Positions 36,456 through 46,129 of a stretch of DNA of 64,000 nt are shown piece after piece. Both the position numbers and the translations under genes were made by a program. Source of the stretch: a virus (taxonomy: Duplodnaviria > Caudoviricetes); IMG/VR virus record IMGVR_UViG_3300032092_000009, positions 46,869 to 110,868 of that record. One strand, written 5' to 3'. Numbering within the stretch: position 1 is the first letter of the stretch; every line of letters starts with the position of its first letter. The notes under the pieces are model-generated. The model did not search any database. It was not told where the DNA came from and was given only the letters and a program-made list of their open reading frames with translations.

Positions 36456-37024
36456 AAAAGATGATAAAACGTAAAGATGGATCTTACTCACAAAGAGGAT
36501 TGTGGGATAACATCCGTGCTAACAGAGGTTCTGGAAAGAAACCTACTCCAGAGATGCTTAAGCAAGAACGTAAGATTAAACGTAACATGGCTGAAGGTGG
36601 TAAGATGCCTACTAGTGTTGCTAAGGCAAGATTCGTAGCAGCTAATAATGGAAATGTATCTGAGGCTAGACAAGATGCTTCTAAGTACGGATACAAGTTT
36701 ATGGCTGGTGGTAGACTTAAAAAAGCTTACATGGCTAAGGGTGGAACTATTGCTAAAACAACTAAAGGCCCAGGAGCTAACTATCGTCCTACTAAGCAAG
36801 GTGCTGGTATGACTAAGAAGGGAGTTATGGCTTATCGTAGAGCTAACCCAGGTTCTAAATTAAGTACTGCTGTTACAGGTAAGGTAAAGCCAGGTAGCAA
36901 AGCAGCTAATCGTAGAAAGTCCTACTGTGCTCGTTCATTAGGTCAGTTGCGTAGATCGAAACAATCTACACAGAATGATCCTAATAGCAGAATCAGACAA
37001 GCACGTAGGCGTTGGAAGTGCTAA
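36452..37024 (+). CDS. Highly basic modular protein (C-terminus resembles DUF6321)
   Basis: GLWDNIRA module; RRKSYCARS..DPNSRIRQARRRWKC module; MAEGG, FMAGG and MAKGG junctions. Confidence 0.6.
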   Translation: MKKMIKRKDGSYSQRGLWDNIRANRGSGKKPTPEMLKQERKIKRNMAEGGKMPTSVAKARFVAANNGNVSEARQDASKYGYKFMAGGRLKKAYMAKGGTIAKTTKGPGANYRPTKQGAGMTKKGVMAYRRANPGSKLSTAVTGKVKPGSKAANRRKSYCARSLGQLRRSKQSTQNDPNSRIRQARRRWKC

Positions 37025-37045
37025 ACTAAAACTAAAACTAAATAT

Positions 37046-37204
37046 ATGGCAACTAAAGCATCTAAAACTAAATCAACCTCTTCAGCTTCTAAGTTCAAAG
37101 TTAAACCTAAGATCAGAAGAAAGGGAGTTGTAGCGAAGACTAAAGCTTCAAAGTTAAAGTCTAGCAAAAATTATCTTAAGAAAAGCAGAGGACAAGGGAG
37201 TTAA
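37046..37204 (+). CDS. Small Lys/Ser-rich protein (52 aa) ending RGQG
   Basis: Manual translation MATKASKTKSTSSASKFKVKPKIRRKGVVAKTKASKLKSSKNYLKKSRGQGS; A-rich leader; terminator follows. Confidence 0.6.
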   Translation: MATKASKTKSTSSASKFKVKPKIRRKGVVAKTKASKLKSSKNYLKKSRGQGS

Positions 37205-37223
37205 TTCTCCCTTGCTTTTTTTT
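37193..37223 (+). terminator. Rho-independent terminator overlapping the next promoter
   Basis: CAAGGGAG-TTAATT-CTCCCTTG followed by C and a T8 tract. Confidence 0.8.
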
Positions 37224-37241
37224 ATTAATCTTGTATATTTG
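37212..37241 (+). promoter_or_regulatory. Bacteroidota-type promoter for cargo genes
   Basis: TTG at 37212, TATATTTG at 37234-37241. Confidence 0.7.
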
Positions 37242-37304
37242 TATAACTAGCTTATTCTCAAGCAGTTATTAACTTTCTATGTTAATAACATAAATCATTA
37301 AAAC

Positions 37305-39671
37305 ATGTTAAGAAGCAATCTTTTTAAGAGATTTGGTACTAAAAAATTCCAAGATGCAGGAACAGTTACAAAACCTGAAGAAACAGGTTTGTCTATTCCT
37401 ACTATAGAGGATATTAAAAAGAACTTTACTATTAACAATCCTTTTGTTCTAGATAGTTATACTACCGAAGAACAACCTAAAGGCACTGTTAGTACTGGTA
37501 CTAGTTCTTTTGCCCCTGGTACATTTAGTGACTTAGTTAAGAGTCCTATGTTTACTAGTGGACTTTCTCCTTTAAATCCTTACGATGTTAATCCTAAGAC
37601 ACCTGAGGCAGAACAAGGACCAATGACTAAGGAACAAAGTGACTACTTTGTGTTAGACCAAACTACTCCTGAGACTCCTGCTACTAAAGAAGACAATACA
37701 CCTGCTATGGTATCATTAGGTCTACTAGGATTTGATGCTTTGCTAGGCAAGAATGAAGATCTAAAGAATCAACAAAAATTAAACGAGTCAATACAACAAA
37801 GAAACTCTAAGCCTTTATACGATTATAATTATATGTATGGTCGTACAACTAGTGGAGGTACAGAGTATCAACCTATAATAAAAGCAGAAATGGGTGCAAA
37901 AATAAACAAGCGTTATGCTAGTGAAGGCATGAACGATGTAGAGGTAGAAGGTGGAGAGTATATCCAACTTCCAAACCTAGAAACAGAAATGGCTTCAGGT
38001 CCTTCTCACAGTAATGGAGGTGTCCCTACAAATCTTCCTGATCAAACTCGTGTATATTCTAATAATCTAAAGCCAGAAGGATCTAAGAAGACCTTTGCTC
38101 AGATTGCTAAAAACTACGATACAACTTCTTATAAGAAAGTATTAGATAATACCTTTGCAAAACAAGTAGACAAAGACACAGCTACTATTATGATGCAGAG
38201 AAACCAAAAGATACTTGATCAATTATTTGCTGATCAACAAGCTATGAATGGTAACTCTACAGGAGAAGTGGAAGCAAAGGGTGGAGCAAGTATTAATAAC
38301 CCAGGATTTAAAGCTCTTCCAGGTTATGTACAAGCTAAGATTATGGCTAACATGGCTGATGGCGGGGAAACAGACCTTCCTAGAGTCAAAGCAATTGATC
38401 CTTTGAATCTGGATGCTAATTCAACGCTTAATCAATTAGAGACTCAGCTTGCATTAGAAGCAGCAAACAAAGCTTCTAATATTGCTGCTCGTAGTAAGAA
38501 TGCTTTATTTGATCCTACTAAGCCAGGTATGCCTGCTCACACAGTTCCTGAAGGTCAGTTCTTGACAGGTATTGATCCTTCTCTGAACCCTAGTTTGGAA
38601 ACTGTTCCAGGAGTTCAACCTAGTTTGGGTACAGGTGTGTATGGAGAAGAGTCTAATATAGATATCTTTAATAAAAACTATCGTTGGTACCTAGATGACC
38701 TACAAGCAAGTGGTGAAACATTTGATCCAAGTAGGGAAGGAGATGTACGCAGAGCACAGGTTGCTTATACAGAAGAAGCTTACAATAGATTTAAGAAACA
38801 AGGTCTAACTGAAGAAGAGGCAAGAAAGAAAGCGGATGAGATAGGATTTGTAGCAACTAAGTCTTTACAGAACTCTGTAGATGATATGCTTGGTAGATAT
38901 ACAGCTACTCGTATTCTTCCTGAGAACACTCCTCCTGCTCCCGTTACTCCAGGAGAGAAACCTCCAATGGATTTAATAGATGGATTTACTCCTCAACCTG
39001 AGAAAGCAAAATCTACCACTACACAAACTACTACAGGAAGAACTTTTACAGGACCAGGTGCTCCTGCTAAAGGAAAATATATCCCAGGACAGTTTCCTTT
39101 GTATCAGGCTATTCCTGAAGCAATGGGACTTGCTCAATCACAACAAATCTATCCTTATGCTATTCCTGAGATAGATGCTCCCTATGTTCGTCCTCAGACT
39201 TTAAACATCCAAAGTCAATTACAGGATATAGATAGTATGGCTACTGCAGCACAGAGAGCAGGAGGAGATCCTCTTACTACTTACATTGCAGGGTTGGATG
39301 CTAAGCAAAAAGCTTTCCAAGCTAAGCAAAACTATGACGCAGAAGGTAGATCTAGGGCAGATATGGCGAACGCACAAATGAGAATGTCTGCTGATCAAAT
39401 TAATGCACAGTACTTTGATCGTGTGTATAACAACTTGGTAGGACAAGCAAGAGATGCTCAATCTGCAGAAAAGCAGGCAGCTGTTGCAAGTCTTACAAAT
39501 AAAAAGGCTAAATTTACACAGGAAGAAACTAAGAAGTCTGCTTACATAAATGCTCTTATGGAGAACTACGATGTAGATTCTAAAGGAAACTTTACATTAA
39601 AGCCAGGTAAGAACCCTGTCTTAAATTCTAATCCAGCAAAAACTGCCAAGAAGGGCATGTATAAAAAATAA
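37305..39671 (+). CDS. Internal virion cargo protein
   Basis: VEVEGGE...GPSHSNGGV motif typical of crAss cargo proteins; Cys-free; xxGG motifs. Confidence 0.65.
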   Translation: MLRSNLFKRFGTKKFQDAGTVTKPEETGLSIPTIEDIKKNFTINNPFVLDSYTTEEQPKGTVSTGTSSFAPGTFSDLVKSPMFTSGLSPLNPYDVNPKTPEAEQGPMTKEQSDYFVLDQTTPETPATKEDNTPAMVSLGLLGFDALLGKNEDLKNQQKLNESIQQRNSKPLYDYNYMYGRTTSGGTEYQPIIKAEMGAKINKRYASEGMNDVEVEGGEYIQLPNLETEMASGPSHSNGGVPTNLPDQTRVYSNNLKPEGSKKTFAQIAKNYDTTSYKKVLDNTFAKQVDKDTATIMMQRNQKILDQLFADQQAMNGNSTGEVEAKGGASINNPGFKALPGYVQAKIMANMADGGETDLPRVKAIDPLNLDANSTLNQLETQLALEAANKASNIAARSKNALFDPTKPGMPAHTVPEGQFLTGIDPSLNPSLETVPGVQPSLGTGVYGEESNIDIFNKNYRWYLDDLQASGETFDPSREGDVRRAQVAYTEEAYNRFKKQGLTEEEARKKADEIGFVATKSLQNSVDDMLGRYTATRILPENTPPAPVTPGEKPPMDLIDGFTPQPEKAKSTTTQTTTGRTFTGPGAPAKGKYIPGQFPLYQAIPEAMGLAQSQQIYPYAIPEIDAPYVRPQTLNIQSQLQDIDSMATAAQRAGGDPLTTYIAGLDAKQKAFQAKQNYDAEGRSRADMANAQMRMSADQINAQYFDRVYNNLVGQARDAQSAEKQAAVASLTNKKAKFTQEETKKSAYINALMENYDVDSKGNFTLKPGKNPVLNSNPAKTAKKGMYKK

Positions 39672-39676
39672 AACCT

Positions 39677-41383
39677 ATGCCAATTTCAGCACAACACACT
39701 AAGTTTGTTTACCCAGATTATGTATCTGCATTACCTGCAGATGATCTGATTAATCTTGCTGTTAAGAAACAGGAGATGTACACTGAAGGACTTGCTAAAG
39801 TACAACAGAGTGTAGACGCTTACGGCCAACTACGTAATAATATTAAGACAGATGTAGAACGTGAGTACTTTGACAAGACTATGGATAACCTAGTAAAGAC
39901 TATCAATGATAATGCTGGACTAGACTTCTCTATGAAAGGAAACGTACAAGCAGTATTGAACATCGGTAAGCCTATAGAGAAGGATGAGTACATTACTACA
40001 GCTATCTCTAATGGTAAAGAAATTACCCGTAGACAAGAAACTTTATCTAAACTTAAGTCTGACGAGAGAAGTGCTGCTAACGATGCAGATTACTTTGAGG
40101 ATGTTCAGGATTATATGAAGAGTGGTAAGCTCGGATATAAACTTGGTACAAAAGAATACACTCCCTACATTGACATCTCTAAAGAAATCAATGACAGAAT
40201 GAAGAGTGCCAAAGAGAATGGTACTGTAGATATTATCATGGATGGTAAATACATTCGTACAGAGTCTGTAAAAGGTCTTTCTGAGAATGAGGTTGCTTCT
40301 AAGATTTCAGCTATGTTAGGTGCAAAAGAAAAGAATCAACTTCGTATTGATGCTATGTATGACCTTAAGCAAAAAGGTATTCCACAAGCACATGCAGAAG
40401 TCGTAGGTTATTATTCTAATCTTAAAGCTTCTAGTGAAGCTACTCTGTTGGAGGGACAACGTCAATTGCAAGAAGCACAAGCTGCTTATGCTAAGGCTCC
40501 TACAGAAAGTGCTAGACAAGCTTTAGAGGCTGCTAGAGCTCCACTAGAGCAAGCAAGAGTTCAAGCTGAGGTTGCTAACAAAACTTTACAGAAAGTATCT
40601 GACATTAATAACTTTAATCCTAATCAATACGTAGGATTGTTTACTTCTAGCTTTATTGCTAACCAAGCTAATGCTTATGCTTATCGTCAGGTAGAACAAA
40701 AGATTCAAGCAGATCCTTATGGAGTACAGGCAGTAACTGCTGCAAACGCACGTAGTCTTGCCCAGCTAAACAGTTCTTTGCGTAGACAAGAGAATGCTGA
40801 GAAGATAAATCTAGCTGCAACTAAGTTACCTGCTGATGCTCGTGTTATCTCTGGTCAAGATAGATTTAATATTGATTTTCCTACTGCTCCTGCGTTAGAT
40901 CAAATGTCAGAGAGATACCAGAAAGTAGGTATTACTGTTGGAGGAAAAACTAATGCAAGTAACGTAGGTAGAGAAATTCAACAAGCTAAAAACCTTATGG
41001 AGAAGGCAGATATTAATACTCCAGAAGGAAGAAAGGCTTTGCAAGATGGTATTAATAAATTGAAAACATCTTATAACTTGACTGGTAAAAAGGATGAGTA
41101 CTTAGATGGAGTAGTTAGAAAAGCAGACGCTATCCTAAAAGCTTACAACAATTATCAAGATAAAATTAATGCTAAAGATAGTAAGTTCAAAGAAGGCGAG
41201 TTCCCTGAAGTAGACTTTGGTTCAGGAACAATGCCAGCTGATGAATACTTTAGACAACCATTCTTTGAGTTGATGGAAAGTCCAAGAACCTTGATCTACT
41301 CTAGATCAGGAAGAACTACAAGTATGAATGACTTCTTGTCTACTGTAGATTTAAGTCAAACTCAAACAACTGCTGAAGATTAA
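39677..41383 (+). CDS. Internal virion cargo protein (coiled-coil)
   Basis: 568 aa, Cys-free, YTPYIDI and ADPY motifs; position before the giant cargo genes. Confidence 0.6.
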   Translation: MPISAQHTKFVYPDYVSALPADDLINLAVKKQEMYTEGLAKVQQSVDAYGQLRNNIKTDVEREYFDKTMDNLVKTINDNAGLDFSMKGNVQAVLNIGKPIEKDEYITTAISNGKEITRRQETLSKLKSDERSAANDADYFEDVQDYMKSGKLGYKLGTKEYTPYIDISKEINDRMKSAKENGTVDIIMDGKYIRTESVKGLSENEVASKISAMLGAKEKNQLRIDAMYDLKQKGIPQAHAEVVGYYSNLKASSEATLLEGQRQLQEAQAAYAKAPTESARQALEAARAPLEQARVQAEVANKTLQKVSDINNFNPNQYVGLFTSSFIANQANAYAYRQVEQKIQADPYGVQAVTAANARSLAQLNSSLRRQENAEKINLAATKLPADARVISGQDRFNIDFPTAPALDQMSERYQKVGITVGGKTNASNVGREIQQAKNLMEKADINTPEGRKALQDGINKLKTSYNLTGKKDEYLDGVVRKADAILKAYNNYQDKINAKDSKFKEGEFPEVDFGSGTMPADEYFRQPFFELMESPRTLIYSRSGRTTSMNDFLSTVDLSQTQTTAED

Positions 41384-41397
41384 AAACCAGACTAAGG

Positions 41398-44300
41398 ATG
41401 CCTAAAGAACCTTTATACAACTTACCTCCTAAAAGTGGTATCTTAACTACTCGTACAGTAGAGTTAGGAAATACTGCAGCATCAAGGTCATTAGCTTATA
41501 ATGAGATTAGTGCTCAGAATACTAGTGCAAGGATAGCACAGGAAGCACAGCAGAAAGAAGCTGCTAGGTTAAAAGCAGCTAACGATGCAAAGGTTGATGG
41601 AGCATTAGAAGTAGCCGCTAAAATAAACTTAGAAACTGCAGGTGCTCTTAAACCTGGTACTTTTTTTCCTCCTCCATCTGCTAGAGGTACTATGGGTCCT
41701 CAGTTAACTGCTGAGTATCAAATGGTAAACCAAGAGAAGAATCGGTCTAAGCAAATCATCACCCAGAGTTTTGCTGAGAAAGATCCTATTTCTGAAGAGT
41801 TGAATAAAAAAATTGGGCAAGTAGAAGACGAACTAGACTCTATTGTTTCTAGTAAACAAAGCGGTTCACTAATGACTACTGGATCTTCTGCAGAAGTAGG
41901 TGGAAGTGCAGGTTTATTTTTACAAGACTTTATTAAAGAACAGGCACTAGGAAAAGATGTTAGTATAGAAAGAGAAAAGGAGTTAAGAAATACTCTTTCA
42001 AATCTTAGTCAAGCTCAAGTAAATATTAATAAGTTTAAGACAGACATTCAGTTAGCAAAAGCTACTGAAGACTATTTGCTTAATCTTAAAGGAAAAGGAC
42101 AGAAGCTAGATCAAAATACTATCAAAGGGCTAGTAGACGTATCTAAAGACATAGTAGCAAAACAGAGAGCAGCTACAAGAGGGGACGAATTATATAATCC
42201 TGATACTTACGAAACTTATATGACTCAGATTAAAGGAAACAATGATTTCTTTGACTGGAGGCATACTGATATTAGTATAGGAAGTACTCTTGAAGCTGTA
42301 CACAATAAAATTAAAGAAGATCCAAGTAAGGCAAAGGAATTAATACCTGTCTTAAACGAACTTCAAACTGCCTATAAGCAGCACGAGAAGACTAATAGGG
42401 ATGCTTATGATAACTATTACGGAGCACAAAAAAGGTATTTAAAAGAAGGAATGGCAGGTAGCACCTACCTGAAGAGTCAAGTATTAGGTTCTGCAGCTGA
42501 GGGTATTTATAACTTTACTTCTCCTTTTATTACTACTAGTTTAGATTTATTAGGTCTTCGTAAAACTGCATTTGAAGCAAGACAAGCTAAAGATAAAACT
42601 TATTCTGGTGCTGTATTGTATGCTGACCTTAATAAGGACCAACAACTTGATGAAAGAGATTGGGACATACACAAAAATTATCAACGAGTAGGACAAGACG
42701 TTACTTATATAAAACAAGATGGAAGTAGAGGATACCTTGCAGAGTCTGTTTTAGGTGCTTCAGTAAGAACATTAGCAGAAATGGCTCCAACACTTTTTCT
42801 TACTCGAGGATTAATGGGGGTTGGGATGGGAGCACGTGCTGCTACATTTCTTCCTGTTGCTGTCTCTTCTGGAGTAAGATCTTTTGAAGAGAATAAGAAG
42901 TGGTATAAAGATAAAACAAATGCTGCAGTAGTAGGAACTCTTCAAGGAATTATTGAAGGTGCTACTGAATCTATTGTTCCCGATATCAATTACTTTTTGG
43001 GTAATAAGAAACTTGCAACTAAGGCATTGGGAGCAAGTGAGAAGAAGTACTTTATTGCTCAAACTTTAGTTCCTGAATTTACTAATCTCTCTACCGCTGC
43101 TAAAAACTTTTTAACAAGTTCTGGTTATGCAGCAAAGGCTGTTGCCTCTCAGTCTCTACAGGAAGGATTTGAGGAAGAGATCTCTATGTTTGCTAATTAC
43201 TTTTTAGATAAAGTTTACAAAACCAAAGACGATCAGTTTGGAGAAAAGCCTCAAGAACTTGACGACTCTAGCATCTTAGGTTTTGGAAGTTCAATGATTA
43301 CAACATTTATTAACTCAGCTGCTTCTGGTCTACTTATGTCTGGCGCATCTATTGTAGCTTCTCGTAATCAAGATAGGAACTATATGCGATTTAACATTGC
43401 AAATAATCCTGAGTTATTTAAACAAGAACTTACTAAACAACTTCAAAACAAGCAGATTACTCAAGATCAATATAACAGAGGTATCTTAGAGACTGGTCGC
43501 TTAACTCAGTTGAAGGAACAGGCTAATAGTACTATGATGAATCTAGTTGATGCAGGTACATTGCTAGAGGACAAAGATCAACAGTATGACTACTTTTCTA
43601 GACTATTAACTAGGGATGACTTGTTACAAAAAGTAGATTACAACTCTCTGTCTGATGAAGACAAAGCAGAGTACGTTAAGCAAGTAGAGAAAGTAGAAAA
43701 AGAAATAAACTCTTACGAAAATCTAGCTAAGCAGTATGCTGAAATGCCTCAAGAAAAGAAAGAGGGGGTATTGGCTAAGATGGTACAGAGACAACTAGAC
43801 ACTATACAGAATACTAATAGTCCTGAAGCCCTCGCTAAAAACTTGGAAGACATTGATGATGCTATCCAGGTAGGTGAGAAGACGGGTAAAGGCTCTCCTA
43901 TTATGGTTTCTGGTAGACAGCAAATAAGAGAAGCTGTAATTGCTCGTATGGAACAATTACAAAAAGTTGAGGATAATGGTAATACTGTATTTGAGAATCA
44001 ACTACTAGACACTCCAGTAGAGTCTATGGGTGAGTCTATGCAGGTTAGCAATACTGTGCGTTTAGAGAAACTTTTGTTAGAGAATGATAGGATGGTTAGT
44101 CCTGCAGTAAAACAAGAGCTTAGAAGTCGTATAGCAAATGCTTCTCGTGTTGCACAAGAAAGACTTAACGAACTCCCTAAGAAAGAGCAAAGAAAAGTAA
44201 TTGCAAGAGAATTAGCACGTGTAGAACTCTTACATCCAGGTACTGCATTTAGTGATGAAAGACTTAAGACATTGTTTGGTATGGAGTTTACTCCAGAAGA

Positions 44301-46086
44301 AAAGTCTGAAGTGATTAGAGAAACTGCAGTAACTTTATCTAGAGAGAAAGAGAAGATTGAAGATGAGGAAGTACTGCAACCTGCAGAAAAGGATATTGTG
44401 ATGGATGCTTTGATTAAATCGTTTGAGTCTGAGCCATTAGAGATACAGGTAGAGAATGAACAAGGCAACCTAGAAAGAGTAAGAAATGAAGAAAGAGTAA
44501 ACAGAGAGAGGAGAGCAATCTTTGCTATTCCTAGATCTAAATCTAAAGACCAAGCTAAAGGTAGAATTAAATCTATCTTTAAGGCAATGGGCTATAGTTC
44601 TGAGGACATTAACAAGGCTCTAGAAGATATTAATAAAGTCTTTGATAATGAGGAAGTTACAGAACCTGGAGATATCTATAGTTCTTACTTAAGATTTCTA
44701 GATTCTAATTTGCTTAAAGGTTTACCTGACAAAGCAGTTACCGAGGAAGTTATAGTAGAAGAAGCTGTTGTAACACCAGAAACTCCTGGAACACCTACTG
44801 AAACACCTACAGAAGTAGTTGCTGAAGTAGTTCCTAGTACTACCGAAGAAGATGAGTTGTTTGGAACTAACGAGGAGATTGATGCTGCAAGAGAAAAGAA
44901 ATTAGGAATACCTGAAGTAGATCCTGCAGATCAAGTAGTAGTTGAGACTCCTGTTGTTGTAGAGGATGAGTTCGATGGCTTAGAGGTTGTTCCTGTAAGT
45001 ACTATCACCTCCCCTGAGTTAGTACATACTACTCCTACTGTATTTACTAGTAGTAATTCTGGAGTACAGGGTTCCATCATGAGGACTATGAGCAACTCTA
45101 TAGAGTCTTATAGTCTTAAGTTGATGGATATGTTCTCTTTTATTAGAGAGACTTTAGGCGAGTCAGCTATGTCTAGCCTAGAGAACATATATAATAGTGT
45201 AACAGAGGCGCTTAAAACGCAAGATAAAGAGGCTATTGATAAACTTAAAGAAGACTATTTGTCTGTATTTAGTGGAAGTACATTTGCTCCCGAACAATTA
45301 GAGTACATTTGGAATGAGCAATACGTTAAAGGTAAGCCTGATGCTTCTGTTCCGTTTCAAGAAGTAGCTTATGTTACTAACCCTCAGTTTGCATTAGCAT
45401 ACAAAGACGAGGAAGTAAGTGTTGCTGCAGTAAATAAAAGTACAGGAGAGTTGTTTGTCTACAAAGCAAAAGTAACAGGTAACGTAAATGACTCTAATCA
45501 GATTGAAGTTAAGACTGCTAAAGGTGCTTTAGTTTACGTTAAGAAGAGTAGCATTCAAGCTGGTAAGGTTATACCTATTAATGTAAGAGTTAACTTTAAT
45601 CAAACTAACTCTGTAATGATGACAGCAGTAGATAGGACTAGCGGAGAGATTGCTAAGTTTAATTCTAACGGAGAAAGAGATTCTCAAGGAGATACCCAGT
45701 TAAATGTATTTGCTCCTAAAGAAAATGCTACAATAAAAGAAGTAAAAAAGAATCTTGCTTCAGGTCAACCTATTGCTCATACTCTTCCTATTCACACAGG
45801 TCCTAGAATCAATACTGCTGCCGCTTATAGAAAAGGAAAGAACTCTGTTTACTTAACTGCATCAGTTGCAGGCATTGATACTAATATTCAGACAGTGACT
45901 CCAGTAGAGTTAGAAGTAGTGTCAGAGGTAGCAGTAGAGCCAGAAGTGACTACTAATTTAAATGCAGATGAATTAGCGATTCTTTCTTTTGATGTTAGTG
46001 CACTAGAGAACCTTGAGAGTGCTGCTGAGTCCTTAGATCAAAATACAGGACAAGAGATTGATAATGCAGGAAGCTGCAAACTTTAA
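41398..46086 (+). CDS. Large ejected cargo protein with membrane-interacting segments
   Basis: 1562 aa; Gly/Ala hydrophobic helices (TLFLTRGLMGVGMGA, SAASGLLMSGASIVA), EGATE and QEGFEE motifs. Confidence 0.65.
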   Translation: MPKEPLYNLPPKSGILTTRTVELGNTAASRSLAYNEISAQNTSARIAQEAQQKEAARLKAANDAKVDGALEVAAKINLETAGALKPGTFFPPPSARGTMGPQLTAEYQMVNQEKNRSKQIITQSFAEKDPISEELNKKIGQVEDELDSIVSSKQSGSLMTTGSSAEVGGSAGLFLQDFIKEQALGKDVSIEREKELRNTLSNLSQAQVNINKFKTDIQLAKATEDYLLNLKGKGQKLDQNTIKGLVDVSKDIVAKQRAATRGDELYNPDTYETYMTQIKGNNDFFDWRHTDISIGSTLEAVHNKIKEDPSKAKELIPVLNELQTAYKQHEKTNRDAYDNYYGAQKRYLKEGMAGSTYLKSQVLGSAAEGIYNFTSPFITTSLDLLGLRKTAFEARQAKDKTYSGAVLYADLNKDQQLDERDWDIHKNYQRVGQDVTYIKQDGSRGYLAESVLGASVRTLAEMAPTLFLTRGLMGVGMGARAATFLPVAVSSGVRSFEENKKWYKDKTNAAVVGTLQGIIEGATESIVPDINYFLGNKKLATKALGASEKKYFIAQTLVPEFTNLSTAAKNFLTSSGYAAKAVASQSLQEGFEEEISMFANYFLDKVYKTKDDQFGEKPQELDDSSILGFGSSMITTFINSAASGLLMSGASIVASRNQDRNYMRFNIANNPELFKQELTKQLQNKQITQDQYNRGILETGRLTQLKEQANSTMMNLVDAGTLLEDKDQQYDYFSRLLTRDDLLQKVDYNSLSDEDKAEYVKQVEKVEKEINSYENLAKQYAEMPQEKKEGVLAKMVQRQLDTIQNTNSPEALAKNLEDIDDAIQVGEKTGKGSPIMVSGRQQIREAVIARMEQLQKVEDNGNTVFENQLLDTPVESMGESMQVSNTVRLEKLLLENDRMVSPAVKQELRSRIANASRVAQERLNELPKKEQRKVIARELARVELLHPGTAFSDERLKTLFGMEFTPEEKSEVIRETAVTLSREKEKIEDEEVLQPAEKDIVMDALIKSFESEPLEIQVENEQGNLERVRNEERVNRERRAIFAIPRSKSKDQAKGRIKSIFKAMGYSSEDINKALEDINKVFDNEEVTEPGDIYSSYLRFLDSNLLKGLPDKAVTEEVIVEEAVVTPETPGTPTETPTEVVAEVVPSTTEEDELFGTNEEIDAAREKKLGIPEVDPADQVVVETPVVVEDEFDGLEVVPVSTITSPELVHTTPTVFTSSNSGVQGSIMRTMSNSIESYSLKLMDMFSFIRETLGESAMSSLENIYNSVTEALKTQDKEAIDKLKEDYLSVFSGSTFAPEQLEYIWNEQYVKGKPDASVPFQEVAYVTNPQFALAYKDEEVSVAAVNKSTGELFVYKAKVTGNVNDSNQIEVKTAKGALVYVKKSSIQAGKVIPINVRVNFNQTNSVMMTAVDRTSGEIAKFNSNGERDSQGDTQLNVFAPKENATIKEVKKNLASGQPIAHTLPIHTGPRINTAAAYRKGKNSVYLTASVAGIDTNIQTVTPVELEVVSEVAVEPEVTTNLNADELAILSFDVSALENLESAAESLDQNTGQEIDNAGSCKL

Positions 46087-46129
46087 TTAAAAAAGAGTAA
46101 AAGTACTAAACTAAAGTATATTTGTAAAG

